A DNA stretch of 64,000 nucleotides, taken from positions 248,001 to 312,000 of the forward strand of contig OZ361259.1 of the NCBI GenBank assembly GCA_977018835.1. Reading direction: 5' to 3'. Numbering within the stretch: the stretch's first letter is position 1; each line of letters begins with the position of its first letter. Below the pieces are notes generated by a model. It was not told the DNA's origin. It saw only the letters and a program-made list of their open reading frames with translations, and searched no databases. This document shows, in pieces, positions 13,487 through 26,307 of this stretch. The position numbers were made by a program, and so were the translations under genes. Origin of the DNA: Minutocellus sp. GHC0000111. Lineage: Eukaryota.

Positions 13487-14843
13487 TTACAAGAGATATT
13501 CGACAAGGGATGGGTTGGATTGATTGCTCGTCTCTCTGACAACAGAGTGGCTAGGAATCATCGCGATATCGGAGGTGGGATGCGGATTCGCATGCTGCGG
13601 GGGGTGGGTTGGAGAAAGAGGACCAGCCGTTTCGCATGCGAAAATGCTTTTCACTCCCCTCTTGAATCGTTTGGACAGATCCTTGAGGTCAAAGTCAAAT
13701 ATTTCCTCTCGGTCATCGTTGTCAAAGGTTTCTCGGTACCTCCTGGAGTCTGGCAGGTCGGTATAGGCTGTGCCCGTGTAGGCGGTGTCATATGCGGTGC
13801 TCGCATCTGTATAGTTGGAGTCATCGTCAGCCGATTGAGTTGGTCTTTGGGCGAGGGAGTAAGCAGTCGCTGTGCCCATCGTGTAATTCGTAGCTCCGGT
13901 CGAATAAGCTGAGTAATCACCCATGTCGGTGTAGTCCGTGTAGGCACTCATGTCTTCAGTGGCGTCGGTCATGGCCGTGTAATGTGTGTCATAGTTCGTC
14001 TCGTTGTCCTCAGTGATGCTGCTGAGCCCGGTGCGAATGCTGGCGCCGGTCGTGGTGTACCTGGTTCCACCAGCGTTGGCCCAGCCCCCACTTGGTCCTC
14101 CCATCTCGCTCATCATTCCAGTGTACTCCGTGCCATACTCTGTGAAGTAGGCCGTGTTCTCGTCGAACTCGAATTCTGTGTTGTACTCTCGGAACGCCAG
14201 GACCAGGTGGCATGTCATATTCGGTATTGTAGTTCGTCGCATCCTCTTCGGCGTCGTCGCTGTTGTGGCCAGAGAAACTGGAAATGATGCCGCTCATACC
14301 ACTGTAGGCGCTCTCGGCCTCGCGGATGGTTGGCAAGTGGCTGTTCTGCAACGCCACCCTATTCCAAGCCGAACTCGGTGCATTATTTTGGGATTTAACA
14401 TATGCATTACTAGTCCCTGGGCGCGCGGTACTAATATTGCAATTAAAGGATGGTTTGGACGGCAACTGCTGCTGCTGTTGTTGCGATTGTTGCTGCTGCA
14501 ATTGTTGCTGCTGCAATTGTTGCTGCTGCAACTGCTGCTGACCCTTCTTCGGCTTTCCAAGACCCTTCTGAACACGGTAGCCAGAGGAAGCGGTGGATCG
14601 GTTGCTTGGGCTGGCCGACGAGTACTTGCTGGTGGCATCCGAGAAGGGTTCTCGGTTTGGTTTGGGACTTCGTGAGCTCATGGTCGATGGTCGTCTCACA
14701 CTGCCCAGAGGTGGCTTCGCGTTGGTGTTGACGGACATGGCCCGAGCTCCGTTGGAGGCGGCATTATTTTTTGCCGGCCCCGAGGGTCGCGGCGGTCTGC
14801 CCGATGGAGGTTTCTGTTCCCTCTTGAATTTCTTCCTGAACAT
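13487..14843 (-). pseudogene. Low-complexity protein (basic/polyQ N-half, Thr/Tyr/acidic C-half), frameshifted near 14188, copy beta
   Basis: The ATG at 14843 (MFRKKFKREQK) reads to NYNTEYDMPPGPGVP. The same motif style continues in another frame (EYNTEFEFDENTAYFTEYGTEY). No intron is evident. Confidence 0.6.
14465..14540 (-). repeat. CAG/CAA polyglutamine tract with 15-bp sub-repeats; 30 bp shorter in gamma (about 36924-36969)
   Basis: ttgttgctgctgcaa is repeated; QQQLQQQQLQQQQLQQQQSQ in beta versus QQQLQQQQSQ in gamma. Confidence 0.9.
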
Positions 14844-15364
14844 TGCAGATAGATCGATATGTGAAAGGTTTGGAGCGAGCCACTTTAGTATTCCTGCCAG
14901 TGAGCCTCCTCTACAAAGAAAGGGTTGCAATGGAACGAGAACCGGCTGGCAAGAAATAAATGATGCGGATGGAATGCTTTTTTATGTATGCTTGGTTCCT
15001 TCGCTTGCTAAGTGGGCCTAAGGTTTGGTCTTGTCTTGGGCGATGAAATAGAGCACATTAGCCCCTGGGCGATACAACTGCGATGCTTTCTCATCCCTCC
15101 CAGTATGATAGCCCACATGAGACCACGGTACATCGCAAGTCCATCATCCATCTCTTTTGAGCATACAAAAATTTGAGTGACGCGGGGGCCGGGGGCCTTT
15201 TCCTCCTAAAAAAATCGTGATGGCGCCTGTCCGTCCGTCGTCGAGCGTGGCATCGGCTGACTTTCAGCAGCAGCGGAACCACCAAGATGAAGTCAAACGC
15301 CCGGCAGAGCACCAGTCCAGTTGGAGGAAGAAGGAGTAGCCTCTAGTAGATAGATCAGCAGAGC

Positions 15365-16702
15365 ATGTCGTCCACGCAGACGCAAAGAGATGCGCTCCTC
15401 CAGCAGATTGCTCGGGAGAGGAGAGAAGTGCGCATCCTGGAGTCCGAACGGGCCCTTCTCCTGAGCCGGTTCAACCATCGTCAATCGCAAGGAACCGACA
15501 AAGGGGCGAGAGATACCTGCTCCGATACCGCCAACACAGCAAATGCTCGGAATAGCAGTAAGAAGATGCCACGCCCTCGTTATCATGGCGGAGACTTTTC
15601 CGGGGATCAAATGGCCAGGCTGACACATGGTGCTGCTGACCAAGACGGCGGTAGGGATCTGCTCGACGTGCTCGATGCACTGCAGTGCCGAACGACGCTG
15701 GAAACCATGAACGCGAACAATATTGGGGAAGCACCATCTTCTACGTCAGGTATCTTTGTACCAAGGAATGCTGCCACTGGTGGCGGCGGCGTTCTGAGAG
15801 AAGTGGACGCAGATTCCTACCGGATGCATCCTATTCTTGGCGGCATTACCTTTACAAAGGTGGAGGGACCGCTTCCGCCAGGCGAGCAGAAGCGGTCACA
15901 AGAAAAAGACATCGACAATGGAGATCCCAAGAAGAGTACACGGTCATTGTACATCCTTTCGGGACATACCAATGCCAATATATCTGCAATTCCTGGGTCG
16001 GAACACAAATCGGAATGTTGCTGCATTGGTTTCGAGGTCCGAGCGGAGATATCCTTTGCAGATCAATCTGATGGTGCTGATGACGAAAGGGCGACGGTGT
16101 CATCGGTACACACCAAGTTCTTCCCGCATCCGTCAAATGAGATGGCTCAAGACGATGATTCCAAATTTGCCCTGCCCATTCCCTTTCCAAAGGAGGAATT
16201 GGAAGAACTTGCCGATTTGGTATCCAAGACGCGAAGTCTGACGCAACTGTTTCGGGAATTGGTGGCCTTTCACGAATTTCATTTAGAACGATCGGCATCG
16301 ATGCAACGGCTTGTCAAGGAATTTGGCACGGATGGTTGTCTATCGATCACATGCGCCGATATTATGGAAATTAGAAGCAGCTATGGCAATATGAAGGCCG
16401 GCAGGGATTGCTTGAGTGGGTTCAAAACAGCTGGTGCTGGTGCTGGTGTTGGTGTTGATGCTGGTGTTGGGCCGCTTCTGCGCTTGAGACTATCGTGGTC
16501 CCGCTCCTTTTCGGAGCTTGGCCGGGAGGATGATCTCTGCGTTGAAGATTGCACCGTCGGGGGCAACGGTGAGGCGGATAATGCTGTCGATGCACTGGTG
16601 GATACCATCCTGGATCCCGACGGCATCGATTCTCTCGTCCATATTGCAGGTGGCATCGAGGAGGCTATCCGTGCGATCACCCGGGCCGTCATGGGGACGT
16701 GA
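15365..16702 (+). CDS. Putative CENP-P/Ctf19-like inner-kinetochore (CCAN) protein, copy beta, 445 aa
   Basis: Intronless ORF with an N-terminal coiled coil, followed by blocks resembling vertebrate CENP-P as I recall it (LYILSGH; ELEELADLVSKTRSLTQLFRELVAFHEFHLER; LRLSW; DSLVHIAGGIEEAIRAI). The CDS is solid; the family call is by eye. Confidence 0.6.
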   Translation: MSSTQTQRDALLQQIARERREVRILESERALLLSRFNHRQSQGTDKGARDTCSDTANTANARNSSKKMPRPRYHGGDFSGDQMARLTHGAADQDGGRDLLDVLDALQCRTTLETMNANNIGEAPSSTSGIFVPRNAATGGGGVLREVDADSYRMHPILGGITFTKVEGPLPPGEQKRSQEKDIDNGDPKKSTRSLYILSGHTNANISAIPGSEHKSECCCIGFEVRAEISFADQSDGADDERATVSSVHTKFFPHPSNEMAQDDDSKFALPIPFPKEELEELADLVSKTRSLTQLFRELVAFHEFHLERSASMQRLVKEFGTDGCLSITCADIMEIRSSYGNMKAGRDCLSGFKTAGAGAGVGVDAGVGPLLRLRLSWSRSFSELGREDDLCVEDCTVGGNGEADNAVDALVDTILDPDGIDSLVHIAGGIEEAIRAITRAVMGT

Positions 16703-17234
16703 CGCTTGAACCCTTGGCCAAACATCGGTCCCATACCAGTAAATACGCGTAAAGCTACGTAGCTAAGCTGCATGTTGGAGTTTCAAGATCAACATCTTCG
16801 CACTATAATAAAATCAAAAATCAATTATATCTACCAAAACATTGATCATCGAAGAAAAAAGAAATCTAGAATATCCCCAACCTGCATTGGCAAGGAAGCC
16901 AAGCGGTGTGCGTAATGCGTAACAAATGTGCGGTATGCGGTGTTCGTGGCGAGAGAGGGGGGAGGTAGCTACGTAGGTGTGCGGTTTGACGTGTAGGGTG
17001 GTGGGTAACGGTGGCGGCGGGAAAGGGGGGTCGGTGGTGGTGGATCCGGGAACACAGGAGTCCCTGGAGCCCACCCACAGCGGGGGTCCGGAGCCAAGAA
17101 CCTCTCTTGGCTCCAGACGGCGCTGCCTCTAAAAATTTAATACCACTTCCGCTTTGCCTCCAGCCCCACACTAGCTAGACTTTGACACTTACTCCTCCCT
17201 CTCTCCTCCCTTCCCTCGCCCCCTTCTCCTCTCT

Positions 17235-18530
17235 TTAGGCCTCCTCACACCATTTGTTCTCCTCGCGGACCTGGGCCTCCTCCTCGGGGCTGAAGTCGTT
17301 GGCGATGTTGAAGGTGCGGCGGATCTCCTCGGGGGTCTTGCCCTTGATCATGGAGGCGACGGTGGCGCAGGTCAGGTCGAGGAGGGGCTTGATGTCCATG
17401 TAGTTGGCGGCGAGGATGAGCTCGAAGAGGAGGACCTGCTCGACGTTGACGAAGTCAGCGTACCACTTCTGGACGACCTCGGACATGACGGCGGACTTGA
17501 GGGGCTTCTCGATCTCGGTCATGGGCTCGGCCTTGTGGTGCTCGCAGAAGTCGATGACCTTCTTGAGGACGGAGGCCTTGACGTTGGGGAGGGGGATCTC
17601 GGCGACGGCGTCGTCGTCGTCGTCGTCCCCGTCCTCGTCCATCATGGTCTTGACGAGCTCGGACATCTTGGCGACCTCGGCGGAGACCTCGAAGGAGTCT
17701 CCCTCCTTGCTGACCTGTTATGTATTACGACGGGCCGCGGGGCGGGAGGAACCAGATGGCATGGAAAATCGCACCGGCGATCGAGAGTTGGTTCGACGGG
17801 AGTGACGGGCCGGACCAGAACGGAACCGGACGATCGAAACCAAGAAGAGAAAGAGTACGTCAGTGTGAGATAGAGCGTGAGCCGGGGGACCATGAATGAA
17901 CATACATAGATGATAGATACATCATAATGTGGTGTGGCCGAGAGCTTGCGGTCGTGCGGCGGGGGGACCCGAAAGGATACGGCACATCACCAACTCCAAA
18001 TGCAACTACAACCAATCAAAATGAAAATAAAATTCATTGGCCGAGACCGCAAACCACCCGAATAATTGGTCCGGATCGGTCGGACCGGAGGGGAGAGGCC
18101 GGCGATGCAAAGGTTCCACGGCCTGCCGACCGACCGCCCGATCGCAAAAATCCGCCACATTCATTTCTCAACAAATGCGGGGAATTTCCAAGGCACAAAT
18201 CCAGACTTAATTATGAAGAAATGGGCCAACCGACCCGCAAACCGGCCGGACCGTCTCCCATTTTCAACCCTTGGAAAGGATGGAAGCACCGCCGGGACCG
18301 GTCCGGTCCGAACAAGGCTGGGCAAAGCCGGCCGATTCCAAAGCTCCCTCCGGCCTCCGGCCTCCCGCCTCCGACTGCGATTCTGTTCCCGTGGATTGGG
18401 GGTCGCGGACTCGACTCTCCCTCCTCAAACTGGACGGGGAAACCCCACAGAAACAAATTGATACGGCTGAACTAAAACTTACAAGGTTGACCTTGGTGGT
18501 GTCGGCGTCGGCGGCGGCGGCTTCGGACAT
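17235..18530 (-). CDS. SKP1: S-phase kinase-associated protein 1 (SCF subunit), copy beta, 175 aa, 2 exons
   Basis: Exon 1 18530-18483 ([16 protein letters not shown]|gtaagt), 768-bp intron, exon 2 17714-17235. Hallmark motifs IPLPNV and [42 protein letters not shown]. Confidence 0.97.
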
Positions 18531-19371
18531 GGTTGTTGGTTGATAACGAGCGGGAAGGCTTGGAACAGCAAAAGGCAAAAAATCTGCAAAAATGAAGTGA
18601 GCCTGAAAACAGCAAAGAGTTGCAAAAGCCGAAAAGCCGAAGCGGCGCTGGAGCCCGGTGACGGCCAGACGACAATTTGGGCAATTGGACTCGCTCGACC
18701 TGGCATCATGCTTGGCGGGCGCGGGAGGCGAGGAACTTTCCCCAACGCACCTGCCGCCCGCTCCGATGGCATCATATTCCTCCGCCACGGACCGTGGAAG
18801 GCCGTGGTATACTCAATACCGAACTCAATTTCGGAGTCGAGTGAACGGAAGAGTGATCCAAATCTGTTTCGCTTCCACGGCTTTGTTGTTGTGCAACGCC
18901 GTCGTGCCTTGGGGGACGCACGCATGCATGCATCGCATGGGAGCAAAGCACATACATTTCATTCCTTCATCCATCCGAGTCAAAGGTGGCACCACTTTTG
19001 CACATGCATACATCTGCGTGCCGCACCCAATACACGAACAAAAGCACGCGTCCTGTGAGGTCGGAAAGATCCCCTTGAAGCTACGTACTTCGCACAATAA
19101 CGAAAAAGGTCGGTCGGCGGAGCGGAGTGGTCGTCACTGACTGAAGCGAGGCAAAGCAAACATTAACGGTGTGTGAGATAGCACCGAACTGATCACCGCT
19201 CGCTCGGCGCGTGGCAGCAGCGTGGAAGCACAAAAAGGAAGAGGGTGCAATTTACCTGCCGCCCAAACAAAAATAAATATCGCAGCAATCGAACGGCGTG
19301 GACACCAATATAATAGCAGGTGCGAATATTAGTACCCGAGGAAAGATACCGTTTCGCATATCAATAGATAA

Positions 19372-22300
19372 ATGAAGGAAGCGTCGGGATCATCTGCATC
19401 GTCGGCCTTTGCCGACAAAGGCGGCAACATGAACAACGGCGGAAGTATCAATGGCACCAACGGCACCAATGGCAATGGCACAGGAGCTGCGGCGCCAAGA
19501 GTTGGCAGGCCGCATAATCTCGTTCGGGTATCCTCCGTCGATGCCGGGCGCGATCTGACCTCGGCCTATGGGAGCTCGTACGACGATGTGATGGACGGCG
19601 AATCGACGTCGGGAGAGGATGGCAACGGAGGCCTAGCGGAGGCAGAGAGGAGAAGGCTGGGCGTGGAACAGCCGACAACTTCAACTGTCCCCGCTGCTGG
19701 AGATGGTGCAAAATCAACTTCCGTCGGTGGCGCCGTTAGAGGTAGCGTCAGGGATCAGCTCATTGGTGTGCAGCATCCGCCGCATCTTGTTGGTTCTTCC
19801 TCCTCGCAACAAAGGCAGCAGCATCAATCGCAGCATTCGTCGCGATCGAACCATTCCAGCGCCAGCAACTCGGTGGCATCGTCCTCGGCGGCTCAGAGAC
19901 GGAGGGGCTCACTCCGACGCAATCGGCACCGTCGTCGCGATTCGTACGACGGGGAGGACGACTTCAGCGGAAGCGATGGAGAGTCGTCGTACTTCAGTGA
20001 GCATCAGGCCAGTCCCAAAAGCGGCAGTACAACACCGACCGCCTCGGCAATGGCGGCGGCTGCTGCTGCTGCGAAGCAGCATGCTAGTGGGGTGCCGTCG
20101 GCCAGACCTGTATCGATGGGTGTGGCATCAAATGCCAATGTGAATGCAAATGCGTTGCCTCAGGTGCCATCCCTTGGCTTGCCGTATCTTTCGCATCAGC
20201 AGCAGTTGACTGGTAGCAGTATGGATAACCTTGACACCAGCCTTAGCTTCTCAGATGATGACGACGACAACGACGTTGGGAACGGCGGTAACACTACTCG
20301 GCTCGGAGGCATCCCGTCTCAGCAACCAAGGCCTCATCACAATGTTCCACGGCTTCATCGACGATCCAGCTCGGACGAGCAATTGCAGCTGTATACGAGG
20401 ACAGTGGAAAGAGGGACGTCGGCGCAATCCGTTTCCAGTATCGTTTCTAGCTCTTCGGACGAAGCGGCAGGTCCAGAACCAGCCGTTTACAATGCCGGAC
20501 CGGGTTCTCGAGAGGCTCCGCCCTCTGTGTCCATACCGACCATTCCCCGTGGCGCTGCTAGTGGCAGAGGCAATCCCCGCACTCCGCGCGATCCCTCCGA
20601 AGCGACGCACAGTACAGATGGATCAAGGGAACAAAGATATGCCCAAGCACCATCCGGCGCTGGCGCCGATGCTAGTATGGATGATTCCACTGTCTTCTCT
20701 TCTTCGGCGACGTCTCCATCATCTGAATTCACCTCCAGTACGAGCAGTGATCCTTCCGTGAGGAGTGAGCTGCGAGAGATTGGAGTTCAAGGAAGCTTCG
20801 AGGGTGCAGAGAGTGGTCGTTCCAGCGGCAGGCGGAAGCCTATCAAGGACGTCGGTGAAATAAGTGGGGCAACTCCTAGCTCAGTGGATGGACGGCAGCA
20901 GGCGTCGTCGCGACAGTCCTTGCAGCCCCCACATATCTCCACAAATTCAGATGGTGCACAGGCTACTGCCGCACATCCTCACGCGGAAAGGATGCCTCCC
21001 GCCAGCCAAGATCAAATGGCACAAACTTGGATCTCGATGGCATCTGTACCAACCAAGCCTCCATCGTCACCAGGAGCAGCTCACAGTCCGAGCAGACGAG
21101 CAGCGACTGACCGTGGTGGTAGCGTGCTTTCATCTACAGCGTCTCGCACGACCAGTCTAAGTGATGGAGGCCACAGTCACTACTTTGCAACACAATCATC
21201 TCATCCTTCTGGCTCAACATTGAACATGCACTACTCTGAAGATGATGATACTGCTGGCGAAGGTGGCTTTAGTAGACATGTCAGCCATGCAATGGGAAAT
21301 AGCCGGGGGCGAAACGGGGATTTGAATCTCTCTGAAGATGCCCAACGGGGCAACCGACGCGCCATGTTTGCCGATAGCAAAATTAGCAATGCTTCTGGAA
21401 AGGAGAGTTCTATGGGAGGGGGCGGAGGGGATGTTGTGGCTGGTAGTTTTCGGGTCTACTGGCGCCGATGGCTAATGCTCATGTATATGTCTCTCCTCAA
21501 TCTTCTATCTGATTGGACTTGTTACTCTGTTGCGCCGATCGCGGTGCTCACCTCTGAAGCATTTGGTGCCATCGACCCCGAAAGCCTAGTTACGATCTTT
21601 CTGTCTGCCAATGCAGTTGCAAGTGGTCTGGAACCCATCATTCTGGGTCGTCTTGGCCTCCGACGAACAGTCGTTTTTGGATCACTCCTCCTCATGTTGG
21701 GTAGTATCGTCAAATCGGGAGGGCTGCCTCTACTCATGCCTAGGTGAGATTTTTGGCAATTTTTTTGTTCTTCCTCCTTACGACAGTACTAGTAATATCC
21801 ATGCAGGGCCCTAACGGCAACTTTTTTCTCTTGCTCATCATTATTCTTCCCCCCAGCACCCTTGAGAAAGGCCATGGCGAATGGCGAGTGTATCTAGGCT
21901 TCTTCCTTGTTGGACTCTCCCAACCTCTTTATCAGTGCACGCCGGCATTGCTATCAACGTCATGGTTTCCCGAGAAAGAAAGAACAATGGCAACTGGAGT
22001 TGCTCTGAACTCCAACCAGCTCGGCATTGGTTTTGCTTTTGTATTCGGTACTTTACTCGTTGGTAATTCCGATGACATCATCCCTTACTTCGAGCTACTG
22101 AGCCTCATTAGCACTCTCGTTTTTGTTGGATGCGCTCTTCAGTTCGATGATGCCCCGCCGACGCCGCCTTCTGATACAGCGCGAGTCATTCGAGGAACTT
22201 TCGAGATGGACATTCCTTCGCTGGGTCAGTTCCAGGATACCATCAGCCAAAGTGTCCGTTATCTAAGCAAGAGTGTTCGCAATCTCGGCACCGGTGGGAG

Positions 22301-24569
22301 TGGAATGCACCGATCTTCTGGGTCGCTCAAAAGTCTTGGAAGTAGGAGCAGCGGGCGAATGGAGCGTTCTTCCCGTCACTCTAGAAGAGCGAGCCAAGAG
22401 AGTGTCGGCTCTGAAGGTGGTGGCACAAAATCAACTCGAGCTAAGAGTACTACCAACAAAAGTATTGATCCGGTGTCGGGTGCATTCCGCACAGCTGCAC
22501 CTGTCAACAGAGAACGCACCAGATCAAGAGACTCGGCACGTTCGACTGATGCTTCCCGGAGGCGTTCCAAGCGCCGGGGATCGGGCAGCATGGGGGGTTC
22601 CATGTCAGGTAATCGGGTGCGAACGAGTAGTGAACATAGCACTGGCAGCTTGAGCAGTAGCGCCCCCCTCGCTAGTACTGGCAGACCTCGCCGCGCCGAG
22701 AGACAGGCATCAGGCGGTAGCCGCGGTGGATCAGGAAGCCGCCGAAGAAGCTCCGACGCACGAAGGTCTTCAGGAAGCAAGGGCAGATCTTCTGGAGGTC
22801 GTAGATCATCGAAGGGCGGTGGAGAAAGCGCCAAACAACAACATCGACAAACATCATCTGGCACACGTCAGACGGCTTCGGCTGACTTTGGCTTCCTAAC
22901 AGGGCCTGTGGCACCAGCTCCCTCTCCTGCCATTTCAGATGGCCAGCCAACACGGTCGGCAATAGATAATATTACCGCTATGGAGCGCGAAGCTGCAGAA
23001 TTGGGCTTTTTTGGCCCACCGCCGTCTCCTGTGATGGCTGGTCCGAACGCACATGACGGCGATGGTGTCTCCGGCCCCGACTCTGGGGGTGGAGGCGGCA
23101 CTGACGAGCATTCGCAACGGCCTCGACAAGAGGGTCTCGCACCTGTGCCTCCCCCGAACTCAGGGACGCCACCTCGGCCAGGCAGGGGCCGTCCTCGAGG
23201 ACAACCACATCGCGAATTGACTCCCGATGCCGATGAAGGTAGTGATGGTCAAATTCCTCCTGGCTCTCCGTTTCCACACCTTCAGTATGATAGTCAAGCA
23301 ATGCATCAGCAGCAGTATCAGCAGCAGTATCCTCAGCAGTATTCTCACTTTGGACTAGAAGGAACCAGCGGCGTGTACACAGCACCAGATGGGCAGGTTG
23401 TTTACTACGGAATGCAAGCACCAGGTTCCATCTCCGCGGGGGGTGGCTATTACCCGCAGCAGCCACAGATGATGATGCCATTGCAAGGACCACCTGCAGC
23501 CGCGCCATACTTCAGCCCATATCAGTACGGTTCTGTACCATATTATCATCAGCGGCCGCCACCCGTCTATTTTGACCAACGCGGTGGGCAGTATTCGATG
23601 ATGCATCAGACATATCCATCGCTACCTGAAACGGAGAATCCACTTGACGAGGGTGCAGAACCTGTTCTGACCCTCACGGCCCACAAGCTCGACATTGATA
23701 TTCGCGACGATCAGATTCTTCTCTCGCTCCGAGCCTGTTTTTCCCGGCCGGGCTTCATTCACTGCTTAGCCTCGTTTACGGTCAGTGGCATTGTCATCAA
23801 TACGCTCAGGTGAGACACTTGTTATAGTAGAATAAATTCCCAGCTGTCCAGCTTGTTCGTTTGATTAGCATTGCCCATGCCTCGACTGGGGAAGACCTCG
23901 TGATTTTTTTCCCCCATGCAATAAGCTCAAGCCTGCTTTTTCGTTTTGGTTGGGCACCTTTTTCTTTCTACCCTTTTTTGCCAAAACAGCACCTACATGG
24001 ACTATCTGGTTCGATTGGGAGGTGCCGGTAGAGAATATGTCGGTGTGGTTGGAGGTCTCTTCCAGCTGCTTATAATGATATCCTCCTTAGTAATTGGTGG
24101 CTTTACCGACCGAACCAGGGCTTACTATTCAGTGTCGATGGCCATGCTGGTGCTCGGAGCCTTTGCCCTCGCTGAATGCGGGGTAAATCTGGACGAGGAT
24201 CGAGGAAATGGTCTCCGATGGTCGTTACTGGTAGTTGGCATCCTCGTCGGCCCTCTTCAACCTATATCAACTGAGCTCGGTGTCGATGTTGTCTACCCTT
24301 TGAGTGAAAATACAGTTCTGGTCATCCAACAACTCTTTGCCAACCTACTAAGCGCCATGTTCATTCCTATCTTCAAGGCTCTCAAGGACGTGGATTTCAA
24401 CAGGGATCCAGATCTACCTGAACAACCAGAGTATACCTTTTCCTTTTACTTGCTCATCATACTGCACGCGGGCATAACCTTCTTCTTCGCGACGTTCAAC
24501 GGTCGGTACTTGCGTCTTGAGGCCGAGCTTGAGAAGAAACGGAAGAGGAAGCTCGGGAGGCGTACATGA
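19372..24569 (+). CDS. FLVCR/SLC49-like MFS transporter, copy beta (10-bp deletion removes the C-terminal tail)
   Basis: Exons 19372-21743, 21857-23809 and 23990-24569. Motifs FRVYWRRW, WFPEKERTMAT and PPTPPS. Confidence 0.87.
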
Positions 24570-25043
24570 AAGGCATGTCCGCAGATGGTGCCCCATTTGG
24601 CCACGAAGAGGCGGTAGGATCCTTCGAGCCCGTCTCTTACGATGCTTCATCGTACCGATACCACTCCCAGCTCCATCACCACCAGCAACAACAGCGACTG
24701 CAGCAGATGTATCAGTACCAATACAATCCATACTACGCTAGCAGCGGCGGAGGACAAGCCTTTGCCTATGGTGGCGAGCGTCAGCAACAGCAGCAAGAGC
24801 AGGAGCAACACGGAGAGCACGAGCCTCTCATGGCACAACGAAATTAAATAAATTCATAAAGAAAGTACAACAAACCCAGTCAAGTCACGATGCGATAAAT
24901 GTGTTGCCAAGCCGCGCGCATGCATTGCAATTGATTTCATAGTTTAATATTAATATATCTCTTGAGATATTCTAATTGATTTTGTGTATTAAGCGGAGCT
25001 TGTATACTACTACGTGTAGGTATTTGTACCAATAAGAATGCAT

Positions 25044-26307
25044 TTATTTATCCAAAATTTCTTCTCTTTCACCATTATCATCAGGGCCAATACAAGCCAT
25101 GCACGACAAGGGACAATTCCGAAGCATGAATTCCCTCTTGTCGTCGTGTCACCGCCCTTTGCCAGCCCAAAATGCACAGTTCGGGGAGACGTTGGCACAA
25201 CCAGCCCTCTGGTCATCGGTAACATCATCTGCTAGCATGACCCGTCTCAAATACTGATCCATCTGTCGCAAATTGTCTCTTGCCCCCTCCCGTTCTTGCG
25301 GTGTGCCAGCAATGTCTTGGTACGGTCCCAACCGGAGTCTTTGGTATATTCTGCTCCTTCTAAGTTCATCTTCAGCCCCGTCATCAGACGGGGCGCAAAA
25401 GTAGCAACTTCTGCGACATTTGGCCAACATGGTGCCCCTCTCGACCAAGCAGTCTCCACGGGCCACGTAGTCGTGACAATTTTTGAAGACGTCCTCACAA
25501 GCAACCGCTGCATCGGCACCGGTACCGGCACCGGCACCGGCACCGCCGCACAACCCACAGCTAGCCGCGCACATCCTGGACATGAAGGGGACGTTCCTTC
25601 GGCACTCCCCGCCCTGCGCCCAGTACTTGCACTTGTAGTTCCTGTCGCGGCATCCTCCATCGTCGTCTTCTTCATAGTCGTCGTCGTCTTCGTCGTAATA
25701 TTCGTCTTCTTCATATTCTTCATCGTCTTCTTCGTAATATTCCGAGCCATAATAATCATCATCGCCGCTGTCTTTGTCGTCACCATAATTAATCATCATT
25801 ATCACCGTCATCGCAGGCATCGCAGCTGAGGGCGCAGTGACTTCGCATGTAGATGGCGTTATTGTCGCACTCTCCCTTGGCCGCCCAGTACGGACACCGC
25901 TCGTTGAGGTCGCGGCAGTTATTGTTATTGTTGTTGTTGTTGTTGCCATTGTGATCGTTCTGGTCGTTGTCATCATCATCAGCTGCATCTCGAGCACCAT
26001 CGTCAACACCATCGCCGCCGCTGCCGCCGCTGCCGCCGTCGGTCGTCCCATCATCAGCAGCAGCAGTGCCGCCCGATCCGCCGTCGATGCATGTACTCGA
26101 ACTAGTATCCTCCTCGACGGAGGCCCCGTCCTCGGATGCCGAGGAGGAGGAGGAGGAGGCCGGCTGGGCCGCAACCAACAGTAATTGGAGCGACGATGTG
26201 CCATCGCCGGTAGGGAACCAGCAGCAGCTCACAAGCAGCAGGAGGACCACCACCGCCACCAGCGGTACCGCCGGGGGGCGGCGCGCCGCCGCTGCTGCTG
26301 CCATCAT
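25044..26307 (-). pseudogene. Four-ShKT secreted protein, copy beta (TAAT duplication at 25786-25793; TGA at 25149-25151)
   Basis: Same two lesions as copy alpha. Confidence 0.85.

Noticed and set aside
17235..17300. Functional link between the SKP1 hydroxylatable proline (NDFSPEEE) and the neighbouring ShKT protein
   Set aside because: The proline is broadly conserved, and the ShKT protein is secreted and has no prolyl-hydroxylase domain.
17927..19140. Several 130-180 aa ORFs over the SKP1 intron and promoter
   Set aside because: They overlap on both strands in GC-rich non-coding DNA with no recognisable domain. Only the 48-bp SKP1 exon 1 is supported.
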